Part shown: positions 50,014 to 58,853 of the stretch, one piece after another | How positions within the stretch are numbered: position 1 is the stretch's first letter | How the letters are laid out: every line of letters starts with the position of its first letter | DNA from: an uncultured bacterium | Lineage (GTDB): Bacteria; Oederibacteriota; Oederibacteriia; Oederibacteriales; Oederibacteriaceae | Direction of reading: 5' to 3' | Assembly (NCBI GenBank): GCA_965112635.1 | Contig: OZ218778.1 | Span: forward strand, 1,696,001 to 1,760,000 | Length of the DNA stretch: 64,000 bases | Position numbers and translations under genes: made by a program | The notes under the pieces: model-generated | What the model saw: the letters and a program-made list of their open reading frames with translations, nothing else | Databases searched by the model: none | Told to the model about the DNA's origin: nothing

Positions 50014-50640
50014 ATGTTAGAGAACGACAGTTTTTGGTCCATGTTGGTCAAAGGGGGCTGGACCATGCTCCCGCTGTTCCTCTGCTCGGTGCTGTCGCTG
50101 GGCGTGATCGCCGAAAGGCTCTGGGTCTTTTTCAAGAGCAAGGTGGATACCCCGGGGTTGATGGAAAAACTGGGCGGCCTGCTCAGGAAAAAGGACATTG
50201 CCGGAGCGGTCTCCTTGTGCGACCAGACCGGAGGGCCTGTAGGCCGCACCCTTAAGGCCGGCTTGGTGAAAAAAGGCAAAAGCGCCAAGGAGGTCGAAGA
50301 GGCCATGCTGGTCAAGGCCAGGGAAGAGGTCCTGGACCTGGAAAAGCATCTGGCCATCGTGGGGACCATCGGCAACATCGCTCCTTTTATCGGTTTATTT
50401 GGCACAGTGCTGGGGGTCATCCGGGCTTTTAACGACATCGCTTTGACAGGCAGCGGAGGCGCGGCCGTGGTCGCCAAAGGCATTGCCGAGGCCCTGATCG
50501 CCACTGCCGGAGGCCTGTTCGTGGCCGTGCCCGCGGTCATCGGCTATAACTACCTGCTCAACTGGGTGGAGCGCTACAGCACCGAGCTGCAGAGCTGCTG
50601 CGAAGAGACCCTCGACCTCCTGGAATCAAAGGAAAACTGA
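50014..50640 (+). CDS. exbB: MotA/TolQ/ExbB proton channel
   Basis: APFIGLFGTVLGVI.AF, GIAEALIATA.GL.VAVPA. Confidence 0.93.
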   Translation: MLENDSFWSMLVKGGWTMLPLFLCSVLSLGVIAERLWVFFKSKVDTPGLMEKLGGLLRKKDIAGAVSLCDQTGGPVGRTLKAGLVKKGKSAKEVEEAMLVKAREEVLDLEKHLAIVGTIGNIAPFIGLFGTVLGVIRAFNDIALTGSGGAAVVAKGIAEALIATAGGLFVAVPAVIGYNYLLNWVERYSTELQSCCEETLDLLESKEN

Positions 50641-50641
50641 C

Positions 50642-51055
50642 ATGGAGAACATCAGAGGGAACGCCAAACGACGCATCATTTCTGAGATCAACATCACCCC
50701 GCTCACGGACGTGGCCCTGGTCCTGCTGGTCATATTCATGGTGACCTCCCCGCTCCTCATCCAGACGGGTTTCAAGGTAAAACTGCCCGAGGCGCACGCG
50801 GCCACCAGCCAGCCCAGCACGCCCCTCATCATCACCCTGACCAGAGAGGGAAAGATCTTCCTGAACGATCAGATGTCGGTCAGCCGGCAGCAGCTGGGGG
50901 ACATCCTCAAACAAAAATTGACGCAGAACAACGACCAGGTCGTCCTGGTCAGGGCTGACCAGAACGCCAGGCACGGTGACGTGGTGGAACTGCTGGACAT
51001 CGCCAAGGCCGCTGGCGCGCAAAAGCTGGCCATTGCCGTCGAGAACAAGCCTTGA
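50642..51055 (+). CDS. exbD: ExbD/TolR
   Basis: EINITPLTDVALVLLVIFMV, VRAD. Confidence 0.93.
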   Translation: MENIRGNAKRRIISEINITPLTDVALVLLVIFMVTSPLLIQTGFKVKLPEAHAATSQPSTPLIITLTREGKIFLNDQMSVSRQQLGDILKQKLTQNNDQVVLVRADQNARHGDVVELLDIAKAAGAQKLAIAVENKP

Positions 51056-51086
51056 CCTTACGGGCTGATTTTCCAGGGGAGTCCTG

Positions 51087-51752
51087 ATGGCTATCAAAAG
51101 CAAATTACCCTTATTTCTTCTCTATTCCCTTGTTTTCCACGCGGTGCTGTTCCTTGTCCTGGCCCTGGTCAGATTAAGATCGGACATGACGCCTCTGTTC
51201 ACGGAAGTGACCCTGGTCGGCCTGACGCCCAAGGGGAATTATGGGACCGTGGCCGGGCCGGCAGCGCCGGGAGCCAAAAAAACAGCGGCCAAAAAGTCCG
51301 TCAGCTCGAGACGGGATGAGATCAGCCTGGCCAGGAAAAGAATGGCTGAGAAGATAAAGAAAAGCATCGCCGAAAACCCCATCGGCGTGGAGACCAAGGA
51401 CGATACCGACCCGGGTTTGATTAACGAGAACGCGGGCAATACCTACGGGGTGCCGCAGGGAGCCAGCATCAGCGGGCCCATTGCCCAGCGTAAGATAGCG
51501 CGTTCAATCACGCCGGAATATCCGGACTGGGCGAAAAAGCAGGGCATCGAGTCGTCCGTGACGCTCAATGTGGGGGTACTGGCCAGCGGCATGGTGGATT
51601 CGTTCATCCGCATCACCAAGACCAGCGGCTACAAGGAACTGGACCAGATCGCCATCCAGGCCATGATGCAGTGGGGGTTCGAGCCTCTCTCGCCCTATGT
51701 CAACCAGGACGAGCAGTGGGGCACCATCACCTTTTACTTCAAGCTGAAGTAA
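51087..51752 (+). CDS. tonB: TonB-family energy transducer
   Basis: N-terminal TM with S..FH; PEYPDWAKKQGIE, SG...LD..A..A..QW.F.P. Confidence 0.88.
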   Translation: MAIKSKLPLFLLYSLVFHAVLFLVLALVRLRSDMTPLFTEVTLVGLTPKGNYGTVAGPAAPGAKKTAAKKSVSSRRDEISLARKRMAEKIKKSIAENPIGVETKDDTDPGLINENAGNTYGVPQGASISGPIAQRKIARSITPEYPDWAKKQGIESSVTLNVGVLASGMVDSFIRITKTSGYKELDQIAIQAMMQWGFEPLSPYVNQDEQWGTITFYFKLK

Positions 51753-51802
51753 TTCCCGCCTTTAGTTTTCATCCTTTCAAGCCGTGGAAAAAATATTAAA
51801 AG

Positions 51803-51834
51803 GATGTAACCTTTTAGTACCACAGGCGTTTAAT
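51803..51834 (+). promoter_or_regulatory. ECF-type promoter (probably autoregulatory)
   Basis: GATGTAACCTTTT-N10-GCGTTTAAT; repeated at 53519-53550. Confidence 0.7.
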
Positions 51835-51848
51835 GAGAAGGGACCATT

Positions 51849-52445
51849 ATGGGGTATAGGTCAGACGAGGAACTGATGCAGGAGTTAGCAGGGGGAAATG
51901 TGAAGGCTATGGATACCCTGCTGGAAAGGTATAAGGAGAAAATGCTTACTTTTTTAAGCCAGCGGATGGGCAATGTCGCATTGGCTGAAGACCTTTTTCA
52001 GGAGGTGTTTTTCAGGGTTTACCAGGCCCGGCGGTCATACCAGCCCACGGCTAAGTTTTCCACCTGGCTGTATACGATAGCCCAGCATCTGTGCATAGAC
52101 AGCCATAGGAAGACCTCAAGGAACCCTACGGTTTCCCTGGAAAAACCGCTGGCCGGGGAACAGGGCGACCAGGAACTTCTTTGGAAGGACCGCCTGGCGT
52201 CCGGGGAACAGACGCCTCTGCAAAAAGCGGAGCACAGTGAAAAAAGCGAGATAGTGCGTCAGGCTTTATCAGCTTTACCGGAGGAACAGCGGACTCTGCT
52301 CCTATTGAGTTCATATGCCGGGTTACCTTATAAAGAAATCGCCAGGGTTTTAAACTGCTCCATGGCGGCTTTGAAAGTCCGGGTTTTCAGGGCCCATCAA
52401 GCGCTGAGAAACAAACTAAAACCAAAGAAGGATGACCTGATATGA
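51849..52445 (+). CDS. ECF RNA polymerase sigma factor
   Basis: SDEELM, AEDLFQEVF, FSTWLYTIA...CID..RK, LPEEQR, Y.EIA.VL. Confidence 0.95.
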   Translation: MGYRSDEELMQELAGGNVKAMDTLLERYKEKMLTFLSQRMGNVALAEDLFQEVFFRVYQARRSYQPTAKFSTWLYTIAQHLCIDSHRKTSRNPTVSLEKPLAGEQGDQELLWKDRLASGEQTPLQKAEHSEKSEIVRQALSALPEEQRTLLLLSSYAGLPYKEIARVLNCSMAALKVRVFRAHQALRNKLKPKKDDLI

Positions 52446-53518
52446 AACATGTGAAACAACAGCTGCCTTTTTATATCAGTGGTGAGATGAGTGGAGAACA
52501 AGCCCGCCAAATAGAGGCCCACTTGGAAGAATGTTTAACCTGCCGCAAAGAATGGGAGTCTTTGCAGGCGGAGCAGGCTTTGCTCGCATCCATTAAGCCA
52601 ACTGTTCCTTCGCGGAAACTGGTCTCAGCCACCCTGGAAAAGATCCATCAGCAAGCCAGGCAGGACGGCTTAAAAGTATCCTGGGCTGAACAACTGTCCT
52701 CTTATTTCTCTCCCATATTTAAACCGGCTTATGTGGGTATAGCGGCCCTTGTTATCATGGCTGTTGTCGCTATTTTTTATCAGAGAGGTATTTTTCCAAA
52801 ACTACAGACGCCCCTGGCGTTAAATCCTTCAGCGGTGCTGACACCCCAGGGGAACAGGCCACCTCTCGTCGCTGAAAACAAAAATGCAAAACAACCAGCC
52901 AATCGTATGATTGCCCAGGCAGGCTCTCGGCCAGTGCTGGAAAAACAATCAACCATAAATTCTGAAGAAAACAGAGGTAAAGGTTCTCCTGTGCTTGTCC
53001 AGGGAATTCAGCCCCTGGTGACGCCGGCCATGAACAGCGGCCCGGTGGCGCATCCGCAGGCTCCCGCACAACTGGCCATGGCTCCGGGTACTGGAGCGCC
53101 TCGCCTTGCAGGGGCAGGTACGGGTCAGCAACCAGCGCAGCGCGGTATTGCCTCCTCTAAGCAACCTGGGGCGGGAGGCGAAAAGACAGTGACCCCTGTG
53201 TCTATGACTCCAAGCCCTATCGTCACACCCATAGATAAACCCTTTAAGGTCGGCATAAATATCATCAGGCCCGGGAACGGGGAAAAGGCCCAATTTACCT
53301 ATAAATTGAGCCAGCCCAGCCAGGTTACCATCAAGATCTACACTCAGGCGGGCCACTTGGTGCAGACCATTACGGATGAGTTCAAGCAGGCCGGCCAATT
53401 TGAAGATTCCTGGGATGGGTCCTATAAAGAAGGGACGCTGGCCGCCAGCGGTGTTTATTTTGTCACTTTTGAGACGAACCAGTATAAAACCACCCGTAAA
53501 ATTATCATTGTGAAATAA
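52442..53518 (+). CDS. ZAS (zf-HC2) anti-sigma factor with TM, low-complexity linker and C-terminal FlgD-Ig/T9SS-like domain
   Basis: HLEECLTC (HxxxCxxC); TM YVGIAALVIMAVVAIFY; IKIYTQAGHLV...WDG....G..AASGVYFV...KIIIVK. Confidence 0.85.
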   Translation: MKHVKQQLPFYISGEMSGEQARQIEAHLEECLTCRKEWESLQAEQALLASIKPTVPSRKLVSATLEKIHQQARQDGLKVSWAEQLSSYFSPIFKPAYVGIAALVIMAVVAIFYQRGIFPKLQTPLALNPSAVLTPQGNRPPLVAENKNAKQPANRMIAQAGSRPVLEKQSTINSEENRGKGSPVLVQGIQPLVTPAMNSGPVAHPQAPAQLAMAPGTGAPRLAGAGTGQQPAQRGIASSKQPGAGGEKTVTPVSMTPSPIVTPIDKPFKVGINIIRPGNGEKAQFTYKLSQPSQVTIKIYTQAGHLVQTITDEFKQAGQFEDSWDGSYKEGTLAASGVYFVTFETNQYKTTRKIIIVK

Positions 53519-53550
53519 GATGTAACCTTTTTGCCGTCCATGCGTTTAAT
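53519..53550 (+). promoter_or_regulatory. Second copy of the ECF promoter
   Basis: GATGTAACCTTTT-N10-GCGTTTAAT, same spacing as 51803-51834. Confidence 0.7.
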
Positions 53551-53575
53551 AGTGCAGAGTGAAAGGAGGCACCCC

Positions 53576-54025
53576 ATGAACCTTAAGGTCGGCCTTAACG
53601 CGATACTGGTCATCCTCTTCCTGGTCCAACCTTACCCCGGCTATTCCAAGAGTTTCGATTACGAGAGAGTGAATCATAATGCCATGGTCACTCTGGCCAA
53701 AGCTCTGAAAGTAGATATAAAGGAAATACAAAAAGTCCGCAAGGCCGGGTACGGACTTGAAGAAGCCATGCTTTTGATCGTCATTTCCCAGGAAAGCAAG
53801 CAGCCGGTGGAAAAGATCATGGATATGACGGATGAGGGCTTGAGCTGGGAAGATATGGCCAAGAGATATCCTTTTTCTGTTGAGCAGGCTATCCAACGCT
53901 GTGTGTTTATCAGGAAAGATCATCCCATCAAGATGCCTCCCAGTACCGTCGAAGAGAGAAAAACCGCTTCCATAACCCCTCGGGCGCTCCGTCAAAAGAA
54001 GGAGGAGCAAAATGGTCAAAAATAA
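53576..54025 (+). CDS. Secreted helical hypothetical protein
   Basis: GGAGG SD before ATG 53576; signal peptide; repeated (R/D)..G(Y/L)(G/S)..E motif. Confidence 0.7.
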   Translation: MNLKVGLNAILVILFLVQPYPGYSKSFDYERVNHNAMVTLAKALKVDIKEIQKVRKAGYGLEEAMLLIVISQESKQPVEKIMDMTDEGLSWEDMAKRYPFSVEQAIQRCVFIRKDHPIKMPPSTVEERKTASITPRALRQKKEEQNGQK

Positions 54026-56138
54026 ACTTCTCCTTTGCGGTGTAATGGCCATGGTAAGTATTCTGGGTACAGGCTTGACGGCCACAAATCTTTTTGCCCT
54101 GGACTGGCTTTGTTTTCAGAACGGGATAGACCATTCCGGGGAGAGTCTGGACCATACCGTCGGGTATAATTTCAACCAGGTTTGGAGTTTTACGGGAGGT
54201 AATAATCATATTTCCCAGCCTTTGGTTAAAGACGGTGCAGTCTATTTTGGCAACACTTCTTTTCCTGCTGGTTACTCGCAATTTTTCGCTGTTGATGCAA
54301 CCACGGGGAAGTTCCTGTGGTCCTACACGGTATATGAATGTTTGGGCACCAGCGCCGCGCCCTGTATTGACGGGGATGTCATCTACTATGTGACCCTCCT
54401 GGGGAATGTTTATGCCTTGAACATACATACCGGTGCTCTGGTATGGTCCAGTCAACTCAACTATAACAATTTCTCTGGCGCAGCAGCCCATTATATGTGT
54501 TCGGGGGTCACCTGCTTTGAGGGAAAGGTCTATTTTGGCTCGTTCGACGGATCTCTGTATGCCTTAAATGAAAGCGATGGGTCAGTGGCCTGGAGTTATG
54601 ACACCGGTACTTCCATTGAATCCACGCCCGCCATTGATGTTCAGAACCGCAGGATCTTTTTCGGCTGCAATGACGCTTATCTTTATTGTTTGAACCTGGA
54701 CAGCCATGACCTGGCCTGGAAAACATTTCTGGGGTCCAATGTCGTGAGCTCTCCGTCCTTGAGGGACGGCATGGTTTATGTGGGCACGACCATCAATGGC
54801 CTGTTCTCGCTGTCCCAGAGCGACGGCAGTATCCAATGGCAAGGCAACCTGCAATATGGGGGCTGGGTGTTTGGTTCTCCGGCCACTTCAGCCTACAAGA
54901 TCGTTGCCGCTTCCAATGACCATTATCTGTATTGCTTTAACAGGCAGACGGGAGCGGCACTATGGCAAACCAAATGTCTGGATAACTTTGCCTGCGTATC
55001 TCCCATCATTGATTGTGAAACAACCTATGTCGGCGGGTGTGTTGCTCATTTCTATGCCCTGGACCTGGAAAACGGTCGTATTTTGAGTACGGTCGGATTA
55101 AGCGACCGGATGGATTGTTCACCCAGCATATCCAATGGAAGGATTTATATGGGGTGTAATGACGGGGGTATATACTGTTTTTCCACTAAAAACCATAATA
55201 CCGCGCATCCTTTGTGCGACACCATGACCTTTACCAGTACTCCTACCCCGACTCAAACTCAAACGCAAACTATGACAGCCACTATCACTCAGACCTATAC
55301 TGTGACAGCCACACCGACCATTACGCCAACAACGACTAACACCCAGACCTCTACGGCCACTTTGACGGTTTCCCCTACGGCCACCCAGACCCCGACCCCT
55401 ACTGATACGGCTACCTGTACCGTAACCTGGACGGCGCGGTTTACCAATACCAATACCCCTACAAACACCAGTTCGGCCACAAGAACCCAGACCGTGACAT
55501 CCACTCCCACCATTGCCTGCCCGCCGGCAAAGATCACCTTTGTGATTTTGACCTTTAATACGGATCAATCGGGAAGTGTGGTCGTGCAGGCAACCGTAGA
55601 CGGAGGTAATATTGATTCCGTCACAGCCACTGTTTATCCCCAGGATACAAAATCCCAAAGCAGTATTCTGTGCCATACCTCTGTGACCGTGACCATGGGT
55701 CAGGTGAACGGAACAAGCGATCTGTACAGAGGTTCCTATCAGCCACAGACCGGGTTTGGGGATATCGAAAAAGTCATTGTCACGGTAAAGGATAAATGCG
55801 GCAATATCTATACCAGCGACGGGACCTTTAACCGGCAGGTGATCTCCGGCGGTCAGGATGTAAAGATCAAAACCAACATTTTTGATCCTACTAACGGCGA
55901 GACAGTGAAGATACAGTATTCGCTTTACGGAACCAGCCCTGTGGAGATAAAGATAATGGACCAGAACGGGAAGTATACCCAAACAGTGTTAAACCTTTCC
56001 TCGCAGCAAGAAGGGGTATATCAGGTTGCTTGGGATGGCAGGAACTCGGGCAATATCATGGTGGGCAGCGGCGTTTATTACGTGACCATCAAGACGGATT
56101 TTTATAAAGAGACTAAAAAGGTGATGGTGATAAAATGA
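54012..56138 (+). CDS. Secreted PQQ-like beta-propeller protein with Thr/Pro linker and FlgD-Ig/T9SS-like C-terminal domain
   Basis: Repeats VYFGS.DG.LYAL...G...W; TPT linker; WDGRN..G..VGSGVYYV...KVMVIK. Confidence 0.85.
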   Translation: MVKNKLLLCGVMAMVSILGTGLTATNLFALDWLCFQNGIDHSGESLDHTVGYNFNQVWSFTGGNNHISQPLVKDGAVYFGNTSFPAGYSQFFAVDATTGKFLWSYTVYECLGTSAAPCIDGDVIYYVTLLGNVYALNIHTGALVWSSQLNYNNFSGAAAHYMCSGVTCFEGKVYFGSFDGSLYALNESDGSVAWSYDTGTSIESTPAIDVQNRRIFFGCNDAYLYCLNLDSHDLAWKTFLGSNVVSSPSLRDGMVYVGTTINGLFSLSQSDGSIQWQGNLQYGGWVFGSPATSAYKIVAASNDHYLYCFNRQTGAALWQTKCLDNFACVSPIIDCETTYVGGCVAHFYALDLENGRILSTVGLSDRMDCSPSISNGRIYMGCNDGGIYCFSTKNHNTAHPLCDTMTFTSTPTPTQTQTQTMTATITQTYTVTATPTITPTTTNTQTSTATLTVSPTATQTPTPTDTATCTVTWTARFTNTNTPTNTSSATRTQTVTSTPTIACPPAKITFVILTFNTDQSGSVVVQATVDGGNIDSVTATVYPQDTKSQSSILCHTSVTVTMGQVNGTSDLYRGSYQPQTGFGDIEKVIVTVKDKCGNIYTSDGTFNRQVISGGQDVKIKTNIFDPTNGETVKIQYSLYGTSPVEIKIMDQNGKYTQTVLNLSSQQEGVYQVAWDGRNSGNIMVGSGVYYVTIKTDFYKETKKVMVIK

Positions 56139-56188
56139 TGAAATTAGATTGTTGTGTTGAGTATTTAAGAGGAAGGGCGGGGAAAAGG

Positions 56189-58768
56189 ATGAAAATTATC
56201 CTCACGTCTATCATTATATTGTCAGCTTTTTTATGCGCTCCAATCTTTTTCCACGCCAAGGTCACCTCATCCCAAACTAAGGAAATTAAAGATTACGGCA
56301 AACTGCCACTGGTGTTTGAGCCCAACCAGGGACAAACTGACCCGCGGGCCAAGTTTATATGTCGGGGAAGCGGATACAGCTTATTCCTGTGCCCTGATGA
56401 GGCGGTGCTGGTACTGAAAAAACCGGTAAAAGCCAAATCAGGCAAACCCGATTCCAAAATGGTACTTGGAGAAGTTATGGATAATGAGGCGCCTGAGGTC
56501 TTACGGGTCAAGCTGGCCGGTTGCAAGGAGCAGAGCCAGATGCAGGGTCAGGACCAACTGGGAGGCATAAGCAATTATTTTGTGGGCAACGATGCCAGCA
56601 AGTGGCAGACGAATATCCCGCAATATGCCAAGGTAAAGATCAATGAAATCTATCCGGGAATAGACCTGGTTTATTACGGAAACCAGAGGCAGTTGGAGCA
56701 TGATTTTGTGGTCAAACCCGGAGCAGACCCCAGGGCTATCCGCATGAATTTTGAAGGCGCGGAGAGTTTGCGGATAGACAGCCAGGGAAATCTGGTTTTG
56801 AAAGTAAAAAAAGGCGAGGTGGTATTGGAGAAGCCCATTGTTTATCAGGAGGGCGACAGCGGGAGGAAAGTTCTGGATGGAAGGTATGTATTAGTCGGGA
56901 ATCAGCAGGCCGGATTTGAGATAGGAGCGTATGATCAAAGTAAAGAGCTGGTGATAGATCCTGTGCTGGTTTACTCTACCTATCTGGGTGGGAGCAATAA
57001 TGATGGGGGCAATGGTATAGCTGTAGATGGTGCAGGGAATGCTTATGTCACTGGCCAAACTTGGTCAGCCAACTTTCCCACGCTCAATGCCATCCAGGGA
57101 AGTCTTATTGGAACGATGAATGTTTTTGTAACTAAGATCAATGCCGCAGGAAGTGCTTATATTTACTCCACCTATCTTGGAGGAAGCGGTGGTGATTATG
57201 GCACTAGTATAGCCGTAGATAATTCAGGGAATGCCTACATCACAGGCTATGCTGCATCAACCAACTTTCCCACTTTTAATGCTATCCAGGGGACTTTGGG
57301 GGGCAGTAGTGATGCTTTTGTGAGCAAGATTAATGCCGTGGGGAATGCCCTTGTTTACTCCACTTATCTTGGAGGCATTAACTTAGATGAGGGCACTGGT
57401 ATAGCCGTAGATAGTTTAGGGAACGCTTATGTTACAGGCTCTACTCAATCAACCAACTTTCCTACTCTCAATCCTATCCAGGGGAATCTTGGAGGAGTGG
57501 AGGATGCTTTTGTGGCCAAGATAAATGCGGCAGGAAGTGCCCTGGTTTATTCCACCTATCTTGGAGGCAATAACTTTGATGTTGGTTATGGTATAGCCGT
57601 AGATAGTTCAGGGAACGCTTATGTTACAGGCTATACTCAATCAACCAACTTTCCTACTCTCAATGCTATCCAAGGGAGTCTTGTTGGAGTGGATAATGCT
57701 TTTGTGGCCAAAATTAATGCCACCGGCAGTGCGTTAGTTTACTCCACCTATCTTGGGGGCAGCGGATATGATGGTGGCACTGGTATAGCCGTGGATAGTT
57801 CAGGGAACGCTTACGTTGCAGGCTTTACTCAATCAACCAACTTTCCTACTCTCAATCCTATCCAGGGGAATCTTGGAGGAACGGAGGATGCTTTTGTGAC
57901 CAAGATTAATGCCGCAGGAAATGCCCTGGTTTACTCTACCTATCTTGGAGGAAGTGGTGCTGATGTTGGCGCTGGTATAGCCGTAGACAGTTTGGGGGAT
58001 GCTTTTATTACAGGTTTTACTCAATCAAACAACTTTCCAACTTTCAATACTATACAAGTAATTCTTCTTGGATCGCAGAATGCTTTTGTTACCGGGATCA
58101 ATGCCATAGGCACTGGCTATGTTTTCTCCACCTATCTTGGAGGTGGCGGGGATCAAGGAAATGGTATTGCACTAGATAGCATGGAGAATGTCTATGTCAC
58201 AGGCCAAACTACGTCAACCAATTTTCCCACACTTAATCCTATCCAGGGAACTAATGGGGGAAGTGTTGACGCTTTTGTGAGCATGATTGGAAATATGATA
58301 GTTACGCCAACAACAACCGCAACGCCTTCACCGACTTATACGATGGGATCATCCGCAACATCGACAAATACGAGCACAGCAACCCAGACGCCTAGCCTGA
58401 CTTTAACGCCGCTCATGACCAATACCCCCATAGTAGGCCCACCCGGGCCATTTCCTAGTCCGACTTTAACTCCACTGGCGCCTAATGGAAAAGTAAGCAT
58501 TGGTCCCAGCATCATTTATCCGATCAAGGGTGATAAATGCAAGATCACCTATCAGATGGACAATGACGGATTAATTACCATCAAAATAATATCCAGGAAC
58601 GGAAGAATTGTTGAGACCCTGGAAGATTCTTCCTATGAAACAGCCGGCAACTATATGATCGAATGGGATGGTAAAGATAATGGAAATTACCTGCCTTCCG
58701 GTATTTATTATATTGTTGTTGAGACCCAGACCTATAAGAAAATACTACAGGTCATGATCATTAAATGA
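56189..58768 (+). CDS. Secreted SBBP-repeat beta-propeller protein with Thr/Pro linker and FlgD-Ig/T9SS-like C-terminal domain
   Basis: LPL.FEPNQGQ, YPGIDL.YYG, LVIDP, repeated YSTYLGG..GIAVD..GNAYVTG.T.S.NFPT; WDGKD...LPSGIYY...VMIIK; start may be 56135 or 56189. Confidence 0.88.
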   Translation: MKIILTSIIILSAFLCAPIFFHAKVTSSQTKEIKDYGKLPLVFEPNQGQTDPRAKFICRGSGYSLFLCPDEAVLVLKKPVKAKSGKPDSKMVLGEVMDNEAPEVLRVKLAGCKEQSQMQGQDQLGGISNYFVGNDASKWQTNIPQYAKVKINEIYPGIDLVYYGNQRQLEHDFVVKPGADPRAIRMNFEGAESLRIDSQGNLVLKVKKGEVVLEKPIVYQEGDSGRKVLDGRYVLVGNQQAGFEIGAYDQSKELVIDPVLVYSTYLGGSNNDGGNGIAVDGAGNAYVTGQTWSANFPTLNAIQGSLIGTMNVFVTKINAAGSAYIYSTYLGGSGGDYGTSIAVDNSGNAYITGYAASTNFPTFNAIQGTLGGSSDAFVSKINAVGNALVYSTYLGGINLDEGTGIAVDSLGNAYVTGSTQSTNFPTLNPIQGNLGGVEDAFVAKINAAGSALVYSTYLGGNNFDVGYGIAVDSSGNAYVTGYTQSTNFPTLNAIQGSLVGVDNAFVAKINATGSALVYSTYLGGSGYDGGTGIAVDSSGNAYVAGFTQSTNFPTLNPIQGNLGGTEDAFVTKINAAGNALVYSTYLGGSGADVGAGIAVDSLGDAFITGFTQSNNFPTFNTIQVILLGSQNAFVTGINAIGTGYVFSTYLGGGGDQGNGIALDSMENVYVTGQTTSTNFPTLNPIQGTNGGSVDAFVSMIGNMIVTPTTTATPSPTYTMGSSATSTNTSTATQTPSLTLTPLMTNTPIVGPPGPFPSPTLTPLAPNGKVSIGPSIIYPIKGDKCKITYQMDNDGLITIKIISRNGRIVETLEDSSYETAGNYMIEWDGKDNGNYLPSGIYYIVVETQTYKKILQVMIIK
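56969..58290 (+). repeat. Seven intragenic 192-bp (64-aa) tandem repeats
   Basis: STYL-encoding units start at 56969, 57161, 57353, 57545, 57737, 57929 and 58121. Confidence 0.9.
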
Positions 58769-58853
58769 TGAGAGTGATACAAAAGAAATTGCGGAGGATA
58801 GGTTTGTGTAATTAGGTACCTTATTGGTCAAAGAATAGGGAAAAGGGAAGAAA

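Noticed and set aside
56969-58290. Diversity-generating retroelement TR/VR pair
   Set aside because: Repeats are in-frame propeller units, differences are not adenine-specific by eye, and there is no reverse transcriptase in the window.
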